DNA of 64,000 bases from an uncultured Leptospirales bacterium. GTDB taxonomy: Bacteria; Spirochaetota; UBA4802; UBA5368. The position numbers and the translations under genes were made by a program. Under the pieces are notes generated by a model. It had not been told where the DNA came from, made no database searches, and saw only the letters and a program-made list of their open reading frames with translations. The DNA is taken from contig CAZVEG010000004.1 in assembly GCA_964625625.1 (NCBI GenBank), forward strand, positions 11,612 to 75,611, written 5' to 3'. Positions 59,828 through 64,000 of the stretch are shown one piece after another (within the stretch, counting starts at the first letter, position 1; the number at the start of each line of letters is the position of its first letter).

Positions 59828-60145
59828 TTACCGCGCCTTCGTGTTGATGGCGGTCCCTTCGACTTCGAAAACCTGGTAGTAAGGATATACTTTCTGGTAG
59901 AGAACGCCGTCGATCAGCGCATCGGCGCCGGGCTCCTGCTGGATGGCCCTGTCGATGGCTTCTTTCATGTTAGGAATGCCGAGGAAAACACACTTGCCAT
60001 CGGAGCCTTTAACGCGCTTGCCCACCTTGCCCTTGATTTCGGTGTTCTTGGAGCTGATCACCGTGAAGTCGACCAGACGATAGGTGCATGCACTGAAGGA
60101 AAAAGCGACGACGAGCAGCACGACGAGAACGAGAAACTTTTTCAT
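59828..60145 (-). CDS. Small lipoprotein, TRL-like family (copy 1)
   Basis: Lipobox VAFSFSAC; 105 aa; KCVFLGIPNMKEAIDRAIQQEPGADALIDGVLY resembles TRL-like small lipoproteins by memory. Confidence 0.55.
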   Translation of the reverse strand: MKKFLVLVVLLVVAFSFSACTYRLVDFTVISSKNTEIKGKVGKRVKGSDGKCVFLGIPNMKEAIDRAIQQEPGADALIDGVLYQKVYPYYQVFEVEGTAINTKAR

Positions 60146-60489
60146 CCGAAAATACCTCCTGATATGATTTTATCGAAGATTTTATCATTACCCCTCTCAG
60201 CCATTTCGTTCGAAGGGGGATAATCATTTATATGTGTATCCGGCGAAGAGAATGCAAGCCGCCTACGAGGAAGTATACGAATGATCACGTAATAAATGTC
60301 AAGAAATTATTAAGTCTTCGGGTAATGCGGTGTCGGATGAGCACAGGGGAACGTTCGTATGTATGCCGGCTGACCTCGGGTCCGTGCAGCGGGTTCCCGG
60401 CGATCCGGACCGGCCTGAGCCTTCTGCCGGTATCCGTCCAGACGGAAGAACCCGCCTTCCGGCGGGTTCTCAAGCAGCTTGCGGGAATG

Positions 60490-60807
60490 TTATCGCGCCT
60501 TCGTGTTGATGGCGGTGCCTTCTATTTCATAAACCTGATAGTATGGATACACTTTCATATAGAGAACGCCGTCTACCAGCGCATCGGCGCCGGGCTCCTG
60601 CTGGATGGCCCTGTCGATGGCTTCTTTCATGTTAGGGACGCCGAGGAAAACGCACTTGCCGTCGGAGCCTTTGACCCGCTTGCCCACTTTACCTTTGACG
60701 GTGGTGTTTTTGGAGCTGATCACCGTGAAGTCGACCAGGCGATAGGTGCATGCACTGAAGGAAAAAGCGACGACGAGCAGCACGACAAGAACGAGAAGCT
60801 TTTTCAT
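60490..60807 (-). CDS. Small lipoprotein, TRL-like family (copy 2, tandem paralog)
   Basis: About 92% aa identity to copy 1, with the same lipobox. Confidence 0.55.
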   Translation of the reverse strand: MKKLLVLVVLLVVAFSFSACTYRLVDFTVISSKNTTVKGKVGKRVKGSDGKCVFLGVPNMKEAIDRAIQQEPGADALVDGVLYMKVYPYYQVYEIEGTAINTKAR

Positions 60808-60964
60808 CTAAAAATCCTCCTGTAAAAATGTTAATGCGGTCCAACCATACTCGCCCTCCCGGATCGAGGGGGATAATCGTGTAAGTCGTGATAACGACGT
60901 GCGTCCGGTCCGAACTCGAACGTAATATTTCCGTATTAGCAAACCGGATTGTCAACAAATAATT

Positions 60965-61873
60965 CTACGGCTCCCTTCCATAGGCGCCCAGTCCGAACGG
61001 GAAGCGAACCGACAGGGATGCCTTGAAATCGTTTTCAGTACGCCTGTTGTAGAGTACGGCCTCCTGCCATGCGCTGGTGATATTACCGGCGTACCAGCCG
61101 GCCTCGAGCACGCCGAACAGAGCTGCATAACCCCAGTCACGTTCATGTATGGAATAGGCCGTCAGCCCGCCGAATACGGCGTTAAGCACAAAGGCACCGA
61201 ACGCATTGCTCCAGTTTCCCGCGTAAGCATGACCCGCACCGGGCAGAAGAGCGCTCATTATCGCGGCGGCGGTCGGCGACTTCCTCCGGAAATCCGGTCG
61301 ATCGTTGAGCATGCCGGCAATCTCACGAAGCCGCTCACCATCGTTACCGCTCAGTTCGAACGCCCCGGGTGAAGAGAGCGCGGCAAAGGCGGAGGATGCC
61401 GCCTCCCAGTTCCCGGCGTTTATGTGCGACCAGCCCGCAATTTCGACAACGCGGAAAGAGTGGCCGTAGTGCGACGAGCTTTCGGCGTCGAATGCCGTCT
61501 CGTTGAATTTTCGTTGAAAATACAGGGAGCGAAGGTATTGCGTGAAAACCTCGTCGGGCGCGATGGCGGAGACGGGCCCCGCTTTGAGCAGGCGGCGAAA
61601 TTCCGCTTCCGCATTCTTCGGGTCTCCCGCTTCCAGCCTGGAGCGGGCCATCCAGTATATATAGCGGTTTTCCACGGACCGCTCTGCTGTCTTCGACGCC
61701 CTGTATCGTAGAAAGAGATACTGCCGGGCCGCCTCATCGAAATGGCCGGACTGAAAGAGGTGGCGCGCGTAGTCTTCATCCCGGTCGGCCGCGGAGAGCG
61801 GGGTGACGAGCAGCGTCCCGATCAGTATCGCGATCGACGGTATTGTTTTGAATGATTCAGTCAAGGGGATCAT
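60965..61873 (-). CDS. Hypothetical secreted/membrane protein (signal peptide; C-terminal Gly-rich hydrophobic segment LPGAGHAYAGNW...)
   Basis: Start placed at MIPLTESFKTIPSIAILIGTLLV (ATG at 61873). C-terminus ALLPGAGHAYAGNWSNAFGAFVLNAVFGG resembles DUF5683/TM2-like Gly-zipper membrane anchors. Confidence 0.45.
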   Translation of the reverse strand: MIPLTESFKTIPSIAILIGTLLVTPLSAADRDEDYARHLFQSGHFDEAARQYLFLRYRASKTAERSVENRYIYWMARSRLEAGDPKNAEAEFRRLLKAGPVSAIAPDEVFTQYLRSLYFQRKFNETAFDAESSSHYGHSFRVVEIAGWSHINAGNWEAASSAFAALSSPGAFELSGNDGERLREIAGMLNDRPDFRRKSPTAAAIMSALLPGAGHAYAGNWSNAFGAFVLNAVFGGLTAYSIHERDWGYAALFGVLEAGWYAGNITSAWQEAVLYNRRTENDFKASLSVRFPFGLGAYGREP

Positions 61874-62342
61874 CCGCCCGCCAGCGGTCTTCGTCCAGTT
61901 TCGCGGCGGGGTAATTGCCGCTCGAGTAAGCGCTTGGATTGCAGCGGATGAGCCGGGCCGCCGAAAGGGGGACGCCCTTTGCAATGCCGTGACGGGAGAG
62001 CGCCTGCCGGGTGTACTCGGAGCAGGTCGGGTGGAATACGCACTTGCGGTTATCGACCGGGCTGATGAACCGCGCGTAAAAGGCGAATACCAGCTTTCCG
62101 ATGAGAGACGAAGGTCCTGTCTTTGCCGGGTGCACGAGGATTATTCCCGACCGGTAGAATGCGGCATCTTCGCCCGGTGGCGCCGCGGCATGTTCATGCG
62201 CAAGGATCGGAACAGACAGGGCAAGAAGCCCGGAAAGAAGCACCCCGTTCCAGAGCGTCTTACGGATTGATCTTCCGAAAAAACCTGTCATCGATTTCAT
62301 CATTGATTGAAATCTCGCTGAGCTTGACGTTAATGTAAACAT
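61857..62342 (-). CDS. YidD-domain protein with N-terminal signal/TM extension
   Basis: ARFISPVDNRKCVFHPTCSEYTRQALSRHGIAKGVPLSAARLIRCNP matches the YidD (DUF37) core. It is preceded by a hydrophobic segment (LLSGLLALSVPILA). Start is uncertain (62342, 62303 or 62291). Confidence 0.55.
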   Translation of the reverse strand: MFTLTSSSARFQSMMKSMTGFFGRSIRKTLWNGVLLSGLLALSVPILAHEHAAAPPGEDAAFYRSGIILVHPAKTGPSSLIGKLVFAFYARFISPVDNRKCVFHPTCSEYTRQALSRHGIAKGVPLSAARLIRCNPSAYSSGNYPAAKLDEDRWRADDPLD

Positions 62343-62976
62343 TGGGCGTTACGAAAACGGTGGTCTTCATCGTTGCCGGGAGGCTGATATCCCTGATCGT
62401 AACGAAATCCGAAAAGACCGTTCGTTTATTGAGGTTTCCTTTGTAAAAGTAATCTATAGAGGTGACACCCGTCGCATTGAAGTGAACCGCGATGCGAGCG
62501 GCGGGATCGCGAAGCGAGACCCCCGTTAGAGGCGAGGCCAGGTCGCGGTAACCCTTTTTGAACGCTGGAAAGGAATAACGTCGCATGAGCAGATTGACGG
62601 GATCGTGAATGATGTCGAGGAAAAACTCCTCGAGAAAGATTATGTGCGCCGGGGAAAGCTCTGTGAGCTTTTTCCGGACTTCCTTTTTCTCGCTGAAGTC
62701 GTAATTGACGTACGTGTCCCTGTTGATGATGTAAACGGATCTCTCCGGGGTGAGATGATCGAAGCGTCGCCGGTTCCTTCCGTCCATGAGGATCCTTCCC
62801 CGTGTGTCGGCGCGGCCCTTCTGGTTGATAATGCTGCTTTCGACACGGACGGAGAGGGTTCGGATATTGTTGAAATTGGTCTCGATTTTCTGGAAGTCGG
62901 ACGTCTGTTCGCCGGCTCCGGCAAGCAGGGGAACCCCCATGGAGCAGGCGAGGATCATCTTCGTTATTTTTTTCAT
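62260..62976 (-). CDS. Hypothetical periplasmic protein, LolA-like (lipoprotein-carrier fold) candidate
   Basis: Signal peptide (MILACSMGVPLLAGAG); 238 aa, beta-rich. The LolA-like assignment is by memory only. Confidence 0.4.
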   Translation of the reverse strand: MKKITKMILACSMGVPLLAGAGEQTSDFQKIETNFNNIRTLSVRVESSIINQKGRADTRGRILMDGRNRRRFDHLTPERSVYIINRDTYVNYDFSEKKEVRKKLTELSPAHIIFLEEFFLDIIHDPVNLLMRRYSFPAFKKGYRDLASPLTGVSLRDPAARIAVHFNATGVTSIDYFYKGNLNKRTVFSDFVTIRDISLPATMKTTVFVTPNVYINVKLSEISINDEIDDRFFRKINP

Positions 62977-63215
62977 CTATTGGTCCTGTTTTTTTCGGGA
63001 GATGCCGGAATCGATTTGCAGTACCACTTTTAATCTCCCGGTGGATGCGATTGTCAACGTATTTTTGAAAAGACCCGTTGAAAATTATCTTGCAATAATG
63101 ACGCCGCGCCCGGTACTCTTGAGATCCGGACTTTCCCGTTGAACAGTGGAGATTGAACGGCCGTTCCCGGGTTATCGCACCGACAATAATGATTAAATAG
63201 TGGAGAGAGATAAGG

Positions 63216-63869
63216 ATGAATAAACCGCTGATACGTTTTTTCTGCATTCTGGTACCGGTTTTTATTATGCTACTTTCGGTCTCATGCGCGAGCGGGGGAT
63301 ATAAGGGCTATCAGGGCCCCAAACAGGTGGTGGCCGTTTCGGTGTTCACCAACGCGACCAAACAGAAACTCAGTAAGGAGTTCCTCGGCGCGCTGACGGA
63401 TCATTTCATGACCGAGCTCATAAAGAGCGGACGATTCAGCGTTGTGGAGCGCCAGAGGCTGGAAGAGATCCTCAAGGAGCACGAGCTCGGCATGACCGGT
63501 TTGCTGAAGACGAGCGACGCCATTCAGATCGGAAAGCTTCTCCAGGCGCCATATGTCATTATCCCCTCCATCTCGAACTTCAGCGCCGAAAAGAACCAGC
63601 TGCTGGACGACACGGTGTTCGGTTACAACCGCATCAATATCAAGATACTTGTCAACTGCCGCGTCATCTCAACGGCGAGCGGGGCTTCCGTCGGCGCGGC
63701 TAATGCGATTAACGATACCACGCGCAACATCGTGCGGGTGAGCCTCGATTCGCAGACGAGCATCCTTAAATACGGCGGGAGCTTTGATGATCTTGACCCG
63801 GCGGTGAAGGAGGAGCTCATGAAGGCCGTGCAGATGATGACGCAGGATCTGTACCGGCAGAATTTTTAG
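63216..63869 (+). CDS. CsgG-family lipoprotein (curli-secretion-channel-like)
   Basis: Lipobox (LSVSCAS). VAVSVFTNAT...FMTELIKSGRFSVVERQRLEEILKEHELGMTGL is the characteristic CsgG/LpoB N-terminal signature. 217 aa, which is shorter than E. coli CsgG. Confidence 0.65.
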   Translation: MNKPLIRFFCILVPVFIMLLSVSCASGGYKGYQGPKQVVAVSVFTNATKQKLSKEFLGALTDHFMTELIKSGRFSVVERQRLEEILKEHELGMTGLLKTSDAIQIGKLLQAPYVIIPSISNFSAEKNQLLDDTVFGYNRINIKILVNCRVISTASGASVGAANAINDTTRNIVRVSLDSQTSILKYGGSFDDLDPAVKEELMKAVQMMTQDLYRQNF

Positions 63870-63907
63870 GAACGCGGACCGCTTAAACCGTGAGAACCAT
63901 CGCCGGT

Positions 63908-64000
63908 ATGATCGTTGCGGCCGCCCCGGCGGCGCTTGTGTGCATTTTGCTGTCGGGGCCGGTATTCGCCTCGGATTCCGTGCCCGGTGTGCCCGCAACG
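63908..64000 (+). CDS. 5' end of a signal-peptide protein (truncated by window end)
   Basis: MIVAAAPAALVCILLSGPVFASDSVPGVPA... begins 38 nt after the CsgG-like stop; the frame is open to the window end. Confidence 0.3.
   Translation, partial: MIVAAAPAALVCILLSGPVFASDSVPGVPAT

Larger units (their letters stand above)
59784..60890. repeat. Tandem duplication (about 662-bp period) of a small-lipoprotein gene plus flanks
   Basis: The genes 59828-60145 and 60490-60807 encode 105-aa proteins about 92% identical. The downstream hairpins (aaacccgcc-tttc-ggcgggttt; gaacccgcc-ttcc-ggcgggttc) and the upstream '...ggggataatc...' leader are also duplicated. Confidence 0.85.

Noticed and set aside
63669-63998. 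109-aa minus-strand ORF at the window end
   Set aside because: It is antisense to the CsgG-like gene 3' end and to the plus-strand signal-peptide ORF, and its translation is Arg/Pro-rich low-complexity sequence, so it is likely spurious.

Overview
This is a high-GC (about 60-65%), gene-dense bacterial chromosomal segment. About 60 protein genes and one tRNA-Pro(GGG) can be supported from the sequence; there are no rRNA genes, CRISPR arrays, transposases or integrases. Recognisable housekeeping content: DNA repair (mutS, mutL, recO, ssb, Ogg2-like glycosylase), arginine biosynthesis (argJ, argD, argF, argG in one minus-strand array), purB, a MiaB-family methylthiotransferase, coaC and coaB as two overlapping ORFs, a Sir2 deacetylase, an Nnr repair enzyme, a PLD-type cardiolipin synthase, mcsA-mcsB-clpC without ctsR, and an nfeD-SPFH pair. 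Three accessory-looking blocks are the best candidates for something undescribed. (1) A signalling block in which a MoxR AAA+ ATPase and a CoxE-like VWA protein are stop/start-overlapped with a Cache-type sensor histidine kinase and followed by a REC-HK hybrid, with a degenerate acyl-CoA-dehydrogenase-fold protein translationally coupled to argG; a HAMP-PP2C phosphatase and STAS antagonist with no kinase in view sit next to it. (2) A minus-strand cassette of a 4-TM holin-like protein, an ATP-grasp ligase and two SAM methyltransferases with overlapping stop/starts, next to an OM beta-barrel gene. (3) An envelope locus with a CsgG-family lipoprotein, a protein with two CsgG/LpoB-like domains plus PEGA and TPR, an FGE/SUMF1-fold protein, LolA-like and signal-peptide YidD-like proteins, and a tandemly duplicated small TRL-like lipoprotein gene. 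Smaller observations: an RBS-sequestering hairpin in the DUF1330 leader, a PtsN(EIIA-Ntr)-zinc-ribbon fusion, 35-bp direct repeats between the convergent SPFH and mutS genes, a TACGCAA/TTGCGTA palindromic motif, a lower-GC orphan gene, and an AmmeMemoRadiSam A/B pair without its radical-SAM partner. All family calls come from motif recognition by eye; no database search was run.
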